Assembly: GCA_963813025.1 (NCBI GenBank)
Contig: CAWEXO010000013.1
Span: forward strand, 544,001-608,000
Reading direction: 5' to 3'
DNA: 64,000 nt
From: an uncultured Verrucomicrobiae bacterium
Lineage (GTDB): Bacteria > Verrucomicrobiota > Verrucomicrobiia > Chthoniobacterales > JAFAMB01
Numbering within the stretch: position 1 is the first letter of the stretch; every line of letters begins with the position of its first letter. The position numbers and the translations under genes are program-made. Of the stretch, positions 39,694 to 48,715 are shown piece after piece. The notes beneath the pieces were generated by a model. That model was not told where the DNA came from. It saw only the letters and a program-made list of their open reading frames with translations, and searched no databases.

Positions 39694-41061
39694 ATGGCAA
39701 ACGAACTGCGCACCGCGTTGCCCACGTACGAGGAGCGAAGAACGGCAGGTCGTGCGCTGCGGGACCAGGTGAAACGCGGCGCTCTTGGGCACTGGCGCAC
39801 TCCGGAGGACCGGGCCGATCCGGTCGGTCTCGTCGAGGAGGCGCACTCGGGGCGCCTGGAACGGCTGATTCCCGTGAGGGTCGGCCGGATGGTGACGTCG
39901 CCGTACGCTTTTCTGCGCGGGGCGGCCTCCCTGATGGCAGAGGATTTCCAGCGCATGCCCAGAACGGGGATCGAGCCGGTGATCTGCGGCGATGCACACC
40001 TTGGCAATTTCGGCTTCTACGCCTCACCGGAGCGCGACCTAGTGTTCGACCTCAACGACTTTGACGAGGCGCACCCCGGCCCATGGGAGTGGGACTTGTG
40101 GCGGCTCACCGCAAGCATCTGGGTGGCCGGCCGTCAGAACGGCTTGGCCGAAGGGACCTGCGAGGATGCCGTGTTGTGGTGCGCGGCGGCGTACCGCCGG
40201 CAGATTGGCCGGCTTGCCGGACAGCCGCTACTAGCCCGCTCGTTCGACCGGATGGACATCGACCGAATGCGGCTGGAGATGGCAGACTGGTCGCTGCGAG
40301 CGGAGATCGAACGGTCGGCGAACCTGGCACGGCTGCGGACCAGCGACCGTGCGCTCCCCAAGCTGACCCGCGAGCACGATGGCGTGCGCCACATCGTGGA
40401 CCAACCGCCTGTCGTGATGCACGTATCCGATGAGGAGAAGGAGCGTCTCATCGACGGGCTGGAGGCGTATTTGAAAACGATTCCGCCCCACTGGCGCCGG
40501 GTGCTCAGTTCGTATGTGGTCCTCGATGTAGCCCATAAGGTGGTCGGTGTGGGCAGCGTGGGACTGCGAGCGTTCGTGGTGCTGCTGCAAGGCAACGGTG
40601 CGCACGACATGCTCTTCCTGCAGTTGAAGCAGGCCAGACGATCGTGCGTGGCCGCGTTCGTGCACGGTGCCACTGCGTGGCACGCGCATCAGGGGCAGCG
40701 GGCGGTGGAGTATCAGCAGACGTTGCAGACTGTCAGCGACCCGCTGCTCGGCTGGACCACGGTAGACAAACGCGACTACTACGTCCGCCAGTTCCGCGAC
40801 ATGAAGGGCGCGGTCAGCGTGGAAGGCATGGATGGGTCCGCCCTCATGGACTATGGCCGCATCTGCGGCGCCCTGCTCGCAAAGGGCCACGCCCGCTCAA
40901 CGGGTGCCACGATGCTGTCCGGCTATCTCGGCAAGGGCGACGTCGCTGACCGAGCATTCGCGCGCTTCGCACGTGCCTACGCAGACCAGACGGAAGCCGA
41001 TCACCAGGCGCTTCAACAGGCCGTCAAGTCCGGACGACTCCCCGCAGAGCACGCGATCTAG
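39694..41061 (+). CDS. DUF2252 family kinase-like protein
   Basis: SPYAFLRG, GDAHLGNFG, DLNDFDE, KVVGVGSVG, YYVRQFRDMK. Confidence 0.9.
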   Translation: MANELRTALPTYEERRTAGRALRDQVKRGALGHWRTPEDRADPVGLVEEAHSGRLERLIPVRVGRMVTSPYAFLRGAASLMAEDFQRMPRTGIEPVICGDAHLGNFGFYASPERDLVFDLNDFDEAHPGPWEWDLWRLTASIWVAGRQNGLAEGTCEDAVLWCAAAYRRQIGRLAGQPLLARSFDRMDIDRMRLEMADWSLRAEIERSANLARLRTSDRALPKLTREHDGVRHIVDQPPVVMHVSDEEKERLIDGLEAYLKTIPPHWRRVLSSYVVLDVAHKVVGVGSVGLRAFVVLLQGNGAHDMLFLQLKQARRSCVAAFVHGATAWHAHQGQRAVEYQQTLQTVSDPLLGWTTVDKRDYYVRQFRDMKGAVSVEGMDGSALMDYGRICGALLAKGHARSTGATMLSGYLGKGDVADRAFARFARAYADQTEADHQALQQAVKSGRLPAEHAI

Positions 41062-41378
41062 TGCACCGGCTACCGTTTGCCTTCGCTGGGGCGGAGGTAA
41101 TACTTCATCCGGGGAGAGGATAAAGGCTCCGGAAAATACGAAAAACTTTTCAAGTTTGGTATAGACTGCTGATGTGTTCCTTCATAAAAAAAAGGCGGGT
41201 ACGCGTCGATTTTAGCCGAACGCTGAGGACCGCCTTGTGGCAGCGGCGTTTCCCTCGGTTTTGGGGAATCTCACGCGACCGGCTCAGGGTCTGAGGGTTC
41301 CTACGCCAACTCCATGCGACTTAAGCCCCTACACTCTTAACTTATCTTGAACGAACTTACCCTAATCACTCCTCGAAC

Positions 41379-42338
41379 ATGAGCATCAGCATCTTTTTCC
41401 GGTTTGGAAGTCAAACCGCTGCCGGCTTGCTTTTGGCAGGCGTCCTGGCGAATCCGACCTTTGCCGAAAGCAAAAAACTCAACTCGGCGGCCGTGACGGT
41501 GGGCGACCTTGGAAATCCCTTCTTTGTGCAAATCGTCCACGGGGCGGAATACAAGGCCAAGAAGATTAACAACAAGGTGAAGTTCACGGCCCTGTCGAGC
41601 AACTACGACGTCAACAACCAAACCAACCAAATTGACAACTTCATTTCCTCGAACGTGAACCTGATCTTGTTAGGCGCGGCGGACAGTAAGGGGATCGCGC
41701 CGGCAGTCATGCGGGCCAAGCAAGCGGGCATCACGGTAGTGGCCGTTGACGTGGGGGCCGAAGGCGGCGTGGATGCCACGGTCACCTCCAATAACAAGCA
41801 GGCCGGCACCGAGGACGGCCGATATGTGGCCGAGCGGCTCAAGGGCAAGGGCCAAATCATCATCGTCAACGGGCCGCCGGTTACGGCGGTGTCCGATCGC
41901 GTCGCGGGTTTTCTTGAAGTCCTCAAGCAATATCCGGGCATCAAGGTCCTCTCGCAGGATCAAAATGCTGGAGGCAGCCGTGACGGCGGGCTTCGAGTGA
42001 TGACGGATCTGTTGACTGGATTCCCAAAAATCGATGCGGTTTTTGCAATTAACGACCCGACGGCTATCGGCTGTGACTTGGCCGCCAAGCAAGCCCAGCG
42101 CAAGGATTTCTTCATCGTGGGCGTGGACGGCTCGCCCGATATCGTGCCGTTCTTGAAAGACCCCAACAGCCTGATCGCGGCCACCGCTGCGCAGGATCCC
42201 TACCTGATGGCAGAAACGGCCGTCGAGATCGGCTACAACCTCATGCAGGGCAAAAAGCCCAAGGAGGAGCTGACCCTCATCCCAGTGGGGCTAATCACCA
42301 AAGAAAATGTCGATCGGTACGCAGGCTGGACCAAGTGA
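41379..42338 (+). CDS. Sugar ABC transporter periplasmic binding protein (RbsB-like)
   Basis: Signal peptide; GNPFF, AVD, FAINDPTAIG, VGVDG, AQDP. Confidence 0.9.
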   Translation: MSISIFFRFGSQTAAGLLLAGVLANPTFAESKKLNSAAVTVGDLGNPFFVQIVHGAEYKAKKINNKVKFTALSSNYDVNNQTNQIDNFISSNVNLILLGAADSKGIAPAVMRAKQAGITVVAVDVGAEGGVDATVTSNNKQAGTEDGRYVAERLKGKGQIIIVNGPPVTAVSDRVAGFLEVLKQYPGIKVLSQDQNAGGSRDGGLRVMTDLLTGFPKIDAVFAINDPTAIGCDLAAKQAQRKDFFIVGVDGSPDIVPFLKDPNSLIAATAAQDPYLMAETAVEIGYNLMQGKKPKEELTLIPVGLITKENVDRYAGWTK

Positions 42339-42425
42339 GCGAATCTGGCCGGGCTGGAAGTGCGCGGGATGACTAAGAACTTCCCCGGATTGCGTCGTTA
42401 AAGAGGTGAACCTGCGGACTGGCCC
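42335..42425 (+). pseudogene. 5' stub of a sugar ABC transporter ATPase
   Basis: LEVRGMTKNFPG immediately after the binding-protein stop, then a stop codon and unrelated sequence. Confidence 0.65.
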
Positions 42426-42465
42426 CTCGGGACTGGGTCAAGCACTGCGGCTGTCCTGTGATCGC

Positions 42466-43392
42466 TCACCTGCCTAAGCTGGCTCTAAATTCCTGGATCA
42501 TCTCTGGCGGCACTAAGGGCGTCGCCCCATCATGCGAGGCAACAAAGGCGCCCAGACGGCAAGCAGTTTCCAGAACCGCTTGACTGTCGGTTCCGCGCGT
42601 CAGTCCAACCATCAGGCCGGCCATGAATGCGTCCCCCGCGCCAACCGTATCCTTGACGACCACTTTTGGAGCCGGAGCGCAAACGAGCGTGCCCCGATCC
42701 CACAGCGCCGCACCCGCCGCAGCCATCGTGACGCAGATGCGAGGTGTGTTTGTTGCTTCTGCGAGTGCTGCACAAGCTTCCGCGACGGCATCGGCATTCC
42801 CGGGCGGATTGGGGGTCGCCTGGCCGGTTCGCAGCCACGAAGCGATCTGGCCGACTTCGTCATGGTTGAGTTTGATGACGTCGGCGCGGGCCGCCATTTC
42901 GACGATACGCTCCGGATTGGCGAACGGAGGACGCAGATTGACATCGAAGAATTTCAATGGGCCCTTCAGCGCAAGAAGCCGATCCAACTGCTCGAGGTTG
43001 TACGGCGAGCGGGTGGCTAGTGACCCGAAGATCAACGCGCCGCCTTTCTCCACGGCTTCGATGACTTCGGGGGAAAATGTGATCTCGTCCCATGCCACCG
43101 GCTGAACGAGTTCGTAGGTCGCGTTGCCCAAGGCGTCGACCGTGGCAATTACGGTCCCGGTGGGAAGACCGACGCGCGCACGGCTCACAAACTGGACGTT
43201 GACCCCTTTGTCTCGCGCAACCTGCAGAATTTCGTCGCCGAGAGGGTCCCGGCCGACCGCTGAGAGTAGAGACGCGGAGACTCCCAATTGGACGAGATGA
43301 CAGGCGACGTTGAACGGAGCGCCGCCAGCGTGCTTGCCAGAGGGGAGGCAGTCCCAGAGTATTTCGCCAAAGGCGTAGAATTCAGTGTTCAT
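42466..43392 (-). CDS. PfkB family carbohydrate kinase (fructokinase-like)
   Basis: GEILWD, GGAPFNVA, DVNLR, KLN, DTVGAGDAF. Confidence 0.92.
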   Translation of the reverse strand: MNTEFYAFGEILWDCLPSGKHAGGAPFNVACHLVQLGVSASLLSAVGRDPLGDEILQVARDKGVNVQFVSRARVGLPTGTVIATVDALGNATYELVQPVAWDEITFSPEVIEAVEKGGALIFGSLATRSPYNLEQLDRLLALKGPLKFFDVNLRPPFANPERIVEMAARADVIKLNHDEVGQIASWLRTGQATPNPPGNADAVAEACAALAEATNTPRICVTMAAAGAALWDRGTLVCAPAPKVVVKDTVGAGDAFMAGLMVGLTRGTDSQAVLETACRLGAFVASHDGATPLVPPEMIQEFRASLGR

Positions 43393-43544
43393 CAGGGAGA
43401 TTGTATGTGGTTGGCACGTGAAACCGCACCAGTTCGCGTCCACGGGCGGAGGAAGAGGGGTGAGCAGAGAGGTGGAGAGGCAACAAACGCTTCGCGTTTT
43501 CCAAGTTGAAATATGTTAGTAGAGAAGGAAACTTTTTTCTCGAG

Positions 43545-44123
43545 ATGGCTGCCAATTTTGTTCTAAATCACGATAGGCTAACGGGTGATCCGAAGTTTGC
43601 CAGCTTGGCGGGCAATCTCAGCACCGAGTCGCGCATCGATTCCAGGGAGGCGTTCAATCGCTATTGCCGAAAGGCCTGCCTGTTCTGGAGTGAGCACTTC
43701 AGCGATGCGCCCCTTAGAACGTCCGCCTTGTTTACTGAACTTCTCGAGCGCATCGAACGGCGTGGCGAAAAGACTATACAAACGCCTTGGGGAGGTGTGG
43801 TCGTCGTGCTCCATTCGCATCCGCGGGTCGAAAAGTATCTCGTAATCCGTCAAGGTGGATACCTCGCTCTTGAAACGCATGAACAAAAGGATGAACGCTT
43901 GGAGGTGCAGGAGGGCGCGGGGCTCATCCTGTGGCGGCGCGCCGCCGGTCAGCCGCTTACCGTGGCGCCGCTCGCGCCGGGGGACAGGTTTCATTTCGAG
44001 CCCGGAATGGAGCATTGTCTGATCGGAACGGAGAATCTGCTCGTGTTCGAGCGATCGGTTGATCCCAAGGGGATGGACCAGGACCTCGTGTTCATCTACG
44101 AACCGCTCAGTGACATCTCCTGA
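43545..44123 (+). CDS. Cupin-domain protein (sugar isomerase-like)
   Basis: TPWG, LETHEQKDE, FEPGMEH cupin metal motifs. Confidence 0.65.
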   Translation: MAANFVLNHDRLTGDPKFASLAGNLSTESRIDSREAFNRYCRKACLFWSEHFSDAPLRTSALFTELLERIERRGEKTIQTPWGGVVVVLHSHPRVEKYLVIRQGGYLALETHEQKDERLEVQEGAGLILWRRAAGQPLTVAPLAPGDRFHFEPGMEHCLIGTENLLVFERSVDPKGMDQDLVFIYEPLSDIS

Positions 44124-44195
44124 CCGCTTCATCGTATTAGAACGCTAGTGCATCGTCTCCCGTCTCGGCCGATCACACCAGTGATTGACCGAGCG

Positions 44196-45629
44196 TCAGT
44201 GCCCGCCTGAAGCCGACACCCCGACCATAGACTCAGCACCGCTGAGTCTCGGCCACAAAAACGCATAAACCGCGATGAACGCAAAGCACAACATCGGCAC
44301 AATAAATCCGCGGGACAGATCGTACGCATCGGCAATAGTTCCCATCACCTTTGGTAGAATCGCCCCACCCATGATCGCCATGACAATAAAGGAGGATGCC
44401 TTTTTTGCCCGTTGACCGAGGCCGAAAATGCCCAGGGCAAAGATGGTCGGGAACATGATCGACATAAAAAAGTAAGTCCCAAAGACGCAAACCGCCGATA
44501 ACCAGCCCAATTTGGAGAAGATCAGCAGACAGAGCAGCGTATTGATAGCGGCATAGAGACCAAGTAGTTTGTGGGCGGAGAATCTTTTCAGGAGAGCAGT
44601 CCCGATGAACCGGCCGACCAGGAAGAGAAGCAGGCCCACCGATACCAGGTTGGAGGCACCTCTGTTGTTGAAAACAATAGCCCCAGTCGTGCGGATCTCA
44701 GTCAGGCTGTTTAGCCAGTGCTGCAAGAAGCCGGCGTTCTGGTGTATCGCCGCGTCCAGCTTAGGAGGAATTTCCGGGACCTGAGAGGTCATGTAGTTGA
44801 TGAAGAAGCTGAAAATGCCAGCCTGGGCGGCGACGTATAGGAATTGGGCTATGACGGCCATAACAAAGTGTGGGTGCGACCAAATGGAGTGGGAAACCCC
44901 CCGTGTCGAATCGTCGAGGTGATAGTCGTCCTCGGCTTTGATGTCGGGAACCTCGGCAAAAAAGAATACGACGGCGAGGATAATGACCACGACCGCGACA
45001 GCGGCGTAAGGAATCCAGAGCGTCTCGCTACCCGTGTTCGTTCCTGCGGCGTTCTTGGAATAGAAAAACATGCCGCCGGCGATCGGTCCGAAAATCAAGC
45101 CGATGCCGTTGCAGGATTGGGCGAGATTGATGCGGGTGGCGGCATGTTTCGGCGATCCCAAGACCGTGGTGTAGGGATTGGCGATGGTTTCGAGAAACGT
45201 GAGACCAGCGGCAATGAGGCAGACGCCAAGCAAAAACGCCCAGAAAGCTGCGATGTGCGTCGCCGGGAGGAACCAAATTCCACCCACTGCAACTATCAAG
45301 AGCCCGGTAATGATGCCGCCTTTGTAACCCAGCTTGGTCGCCAGCCACCCGGCCGGGAGTGCCATCAGGAAATAACCCAGATAGTGCGCAAATTGCACCC
45401 AGGCAGATTGGCCCAAATCCAGGTGCAGTTGTTCCTGGAAGTGCTTATCCATGACGTCGATCATCCCGTTGCAGAATCCCCAAAGGGCAAACAGGGAGAT
45501 GAGCAGGACGAAGGTGAAGATAACGTTCTTGCCGTCATCAGTCACGAACATGCTTTCCTTAGCGCGCGTTTTTTGGGGAACGCTTTTGCCGTCATCGGTG
45601 ACGACCCTGTTTTTGTTACGAGCTTTCAT
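44196..45629 (-). CDS. FucP/GGP-family sugar MFS transporter
   Basis: LFALWG, FLETIANPY, RINLAQSCNG, SIMFPTIF, MAIMGGA. Confidence 0.9.
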   Translation of the reverse strand: MKARNKNRVVTDDGKSVPQKTRAKESMFVTDDGKNVIFTFVLLISLFALWGFCNGMIDVMDKHFQEQLHLDLGQSAWVQFAHYLGYFLMALPAGWLATKLGYKGGIITGLLIVAVGGIWFLPATHIAAFWAFLLGVCLIAAGLTFLETIANPYTTVLGSPKHAATRINLAQSCNGIGLIFGPIAGGMFFYSKNAAGTNTGSETLWIPYAAVAVVVIILAVVFFFAEVPDIKAEDDYHLDDSTRGVSHSIWSHPHFVMAVIAQFLYVAAQAGIFSFFINYMTSQVPEIPPKLDAAIHQNAGFLQHWLNSLTEIRTTGAIVFNNRGASNLVSVGLLLFLVGRFIGTALLKRFSAHKLLGLYAAINTLLCLLIFSKLGWLSAVCVFGTYFFMSIMFPTIFALGIFGLGQRAKKASSFIVMAIMGGAILPKVMGTIADAYDLSRGFIVPMLCFAFIAVYAFLWPRLSGAESMVGVSASGGH

Positions 45630-46134
45630 TTTTTGGGGAGGTTGGAGATGTTTGAAAATTCGATTATGACCTGACGCCACCCGCTGGAGCGCCGCCGTCT
45701 CGCTCGGTCACATAACAGTCCGGGGGAGCTCCGCAATCCCTTCAACTCGCCTACACGAAGAACTTGTAAGCGTCAAGTACGCCCGCAAGTCGGTGCTAGC
45801 CGATTCTCTCCGGACGGTCCAGACTCACGCACCTCTACTATCAACCTGTAAACCGGTGTCTTTGGGCGTCCATTAGTTAGTGACTCGTCTTCAAGGAAGG
45901 CGATCTTAAGTCACGCTCCGGATCGACTTGAGTAATTTCCTCATCATGCGCTACGCCCGCCGGCGTAGTCGGCGGAGTTTTGTATGATCGTCAGTTAATC
46001 CACTTGCGCCCGCACAAGTTGACAAGCCGATTCCAGCCCTGACTGAAAATGACAAATGTGAACTGTAGGAAGGTCATGTTTTAGTTTGGCAATATAGAAG
46101 CCTGCTACGATGGTAACCAGAGACAAAAATTCAC

Positions 46135-47415
46135 ATGATGACCCTCCAAAACAAGACCCTTGCCATTGTGATGGGCGGCGGTGCCGGCACCCGCCTTTTC
46201 CCCTTGACTCAGAAGCGTGCCAAACCAGCAGTGCCGCTGGCCGGCAAATATCGTTTGGTGGACATCCCAATCAGCAATTGCCTCAACAGCGGTTTTCGCC
46301 AGGTCTACGTTCTGACGCAGTTTAACAGCGAGTCCTTGCACCGCCACATCACGGCCAGCTATAAATTTGACAGCTTTACTAAAAGCTTTGTTGAGATTCT
46401 TGCCGCTCAGCAAACACCCGAGGGCGCCCGCTGGTACCAGGGTACGGCGGACGCGGTGCGCCAGAACCTCCACTACTTTCTGGAGCGCCCTTACGACCAT
46501 TACATCATCCTGAGTGGCGATCAGCTCTACCGCATGGATTACGGAGACCTGTTGCAAGCGCACCTCCAAAGAGGTGCCGACGTCACGCTGGGCACCACCC
46601 CGGTCGACCGCCAGGCGGCTTCGGGCTTTGGGATTCTGCACAGCGATGCCAAGCGACACATTTTCCGCTTTGAGGAAAAGCCCAAGGACCCCAAGCTGTT
46701 GGACGAACTGCGCATCCCCCCCGATCTGCTGAACGAGTTGGGCCGTCCGGCCGATGCCGAGCTCTACCAGGGCTCGATGGGCATCTACGTCTTCAACCGC
46801 CAAATCTTAGTCGACGCGCTAGCCAACGATCACGCCGACTTCGGCAAACACATCATCCCGGCCTCGCTGCAGAAGTACAAGGTCTTTGCCTACATCTTTC
46901 AGGAGTACTGGGAAGATATTGGGACGGTACGGGCATTTTTCGAAGCCAATCTGGCTCTGACCGACCCGGCGCCGACATTCAATTTTTTTGACCGCATTAA
47001 TCCAATCTATACCCAGCAGCGTTTTCTGCCGGGCAGCAAGGTTAGCGGAACGCAGGTTCAGCGGGCGATCATCTCCGACGGCTGCATCATTACCGACGCG
47101 CACATCGACCGCGCGGTCATCGGGATTCGGAGCGTGATCGAAAGCGGCACCACGATCCGCAACTCGGTCCTGATGGGGGCGGACTTCTACCAAGACGAAG
47201 CCCCGGAGCCGAAGCCGGGCAGCCCGTCGCTTGGCATCGGAGGCCGTTGCCACATTGAGGGCGCCATTATCGACAAAAACGCTCGCATCGGAGAAGGAGT
47301 CGTGATCACACCTGACGGGAAAGCTCCGAATCTGGATGCCGAATACTATTGCGTTCGAGATGGGGTTGTGGTTGTCCCAAAAGGCGCCGTTATCCCGGCC
47401 GGAACCTTGATCTGA
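46135..47415 (+). CDS. glgC: Glucose-1-phosphate adenylyltransferase
   Basis: GGGAGTRLFPLT..RAKPAV, LTQFNS, WYQGTADAV, SGDQLY, EKP, SMGIY, YWEDIG. Confidence 0.96.
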   Translation: MMTLQNKTLAIVMGGGAGTRLFPLTQKRAKPAVPLAGKYRLVDIPISNCLNSGFRQVYVLTQFNSESLHRHITASYKFDSFTKSFVEILAAQQTPEGARWYQGTADAVRQNLHYFLERPYDHYIILSGDQLYRMDYGDLLQAHLQRGADVTLGTTPVDRQAASGFGILHSDAKRHIFRFEEKPKDPKLLDELRIPPDLLNELGRPADAELYQGSMGIYVFNRQILVDALANDHADFGKHIIPASLQKYKVFAYIFQEYWEDIGTVRAFFEANLALTDPAPTFNFFDRINPIYTQQRFLPGSKVSGTQVQRAIISDGCIITDAHIDRAVIGIRSVIESGTTIRNSVLMGADFYQDEAPEPKPGSPSLGIGGRCHIEGAIIDKNARIGEGVVITPDGKAPNLDAEYYCVRDGVVVVPKGAVIPAGTLI

Positions 47416-47611
47416 ACTTGCCGGTGCTTAGTCTGAGCGAGACTACCCGGACGCATTTACCTCACGCGCAACGCTTAGAGTCCTTGAAAACTCGAAGCTG
47501 TCGACGTTCTGAAAAGGGGTACTGTCATTTTCCTTCGGAAAAGTGCTTCTCCACTGGAAGTCTTTTTGGCGCGTTATCACAGGGCTTAGTTTGCCAGGTT
47601 TTCGAACTCTG

Positions 47612-47900
47612 CGGGCCAGATATCCAAGTGCACTGTGCCGGCGGCGCCGGTTGTAAAAGGCTTCGATGAAGGAGAAGATTTCCACTCTCGCCACTATCGG
47701 TGGTTTTTGGCCGGTAATGCCGCTTCTGCCTCCCGCAGAGCCCCAGCTCTCGCCGGATCCGATCGATGCGTTTGCGACTGTGATGACGTCCCTGACTTTC
47801 CAGTTCGGCGTGCAGCCGCGGCGTGCCGTAAGTGCCACGACTCTCCCGATGGATCAGACCGATCTGTTCGGCCAAAAGCCGATCTTCCAGGCGACGCACA
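47612..47900 (-). pseudogene. IS3-family transposase OrfB remnant with the catalytic core deleted
   Basis: YGTPRLHAEL...KRIDRIRRELGL...KTTDS joined directly to FIEAFYNRRRRHSALGY. Confidence 0.8.
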
Positions 47901-48067
47901 CTCGGGCTTTGTGGCTGCATGAACACCCGTCCGGCTCCTCCCAAATCTTCGCAGGAAACCATCAAATAAGAAGAAAGTAGTACGGAGGCATCAAACGTTT
48001 GATCAACGGCTAAAGGATCCTCCGTGTGCTCCGTGACCTCCGTGCGCGACTCGATCGATATCAGTGG

Positions 48068-48110
48068 CGGGCGAACCGATCCTGGTTTTTTGGACCTCCC
48101 AAAAAGACGC
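48068..48110 (+). repeat. Direct repeat, copy 2 (partner at 37586-37629)
   Basis: See copy 1; weaker similarity continues to about 48160 (CGGGC...TTGCRGCTTT). Confidence 0.85.
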
Positions 48111-48196
48111 CTGACGTCAACATGCGGTGACCCCCCGGGCCTACGATCGGGTTGCAGCTTTACGGGGCTGTGCTTCTCTACCGATTCATCGCTGAA

Positions 48197-48236
48197 CGCT
48201 CTTAGCTCAGGTGGATAGAGCAAGGATTTCTAATCC
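48197..48236 (+). repeat. attL: displaced 5' half of tRNA-Arg(TCT)
   Basis: CGCTCTTAGCTCAGGTGGATAGAGCAAGGATTTCTAATCC equals 58436-58476 except for one missing G. Confidence 0.92.
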
Positions 48237-48655
48237 GATTCTGGGGCGTTTCATTTTTTTGCACTGTTTCGCAAAACCGGACTTCTCCTTGTGGATCAAG
48301 GGGCTACGTTGTCAGGGTTTTGCGCACGGTTGCACCGTTTTCGCGCTTAACAGTGAAAGCAACCGTGAATTCAGGCGTTGGATGGTCGGTGGCTACTGCC
48401 GCCCTCGGCGCTGCCCCTTGCGAATGTGCCCTCTCGCCGCCACTATTTCCGCCGATAGACCCGCATGATCTCTTCAATCAATTCCTCAAGATCAGCAAGC
48501 TTCGGCAGCCTGGCATGCGACGCTTCAAAAAACGCTGCCCTCGTTCGGGCGGAACTCCTCGCTTAGGTCGAAGCGACCACAATTGTAGCGATGGGTTTTT
48601 CTCTTCATTCTTATCGCTTAAACAAGGAAGCGTTTCATATGGCTATAAATTGCCT

Positions 48656-48682
48656 CCATATTGAAGGCAGCCTTTAATATGG
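48656..48682. promoter_or_regulatory. Palindromic operator candidate upstream of fic
   Basis: CCATATTGAAGGC-A-GCCTTTAATATGG (12/13 inverted match) 33 bp before the fic ATG. Confidence 0.5.
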
Positions 48683-48715
48683 GAGTGACCAAGCTCCATA
48701 TACAACTTTCAAGCA

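Noticed and set aside
43411..43426. parS site (CACGTGAAAC)
   Set aside because: Only a half match to the TGTTTCACGTGAAACA palindrome.
48197..48270. Second functional tRNA-Arg
   Set aside because: Similarity ends at the anticodon arm; no T arm or 3' acceptor strand.
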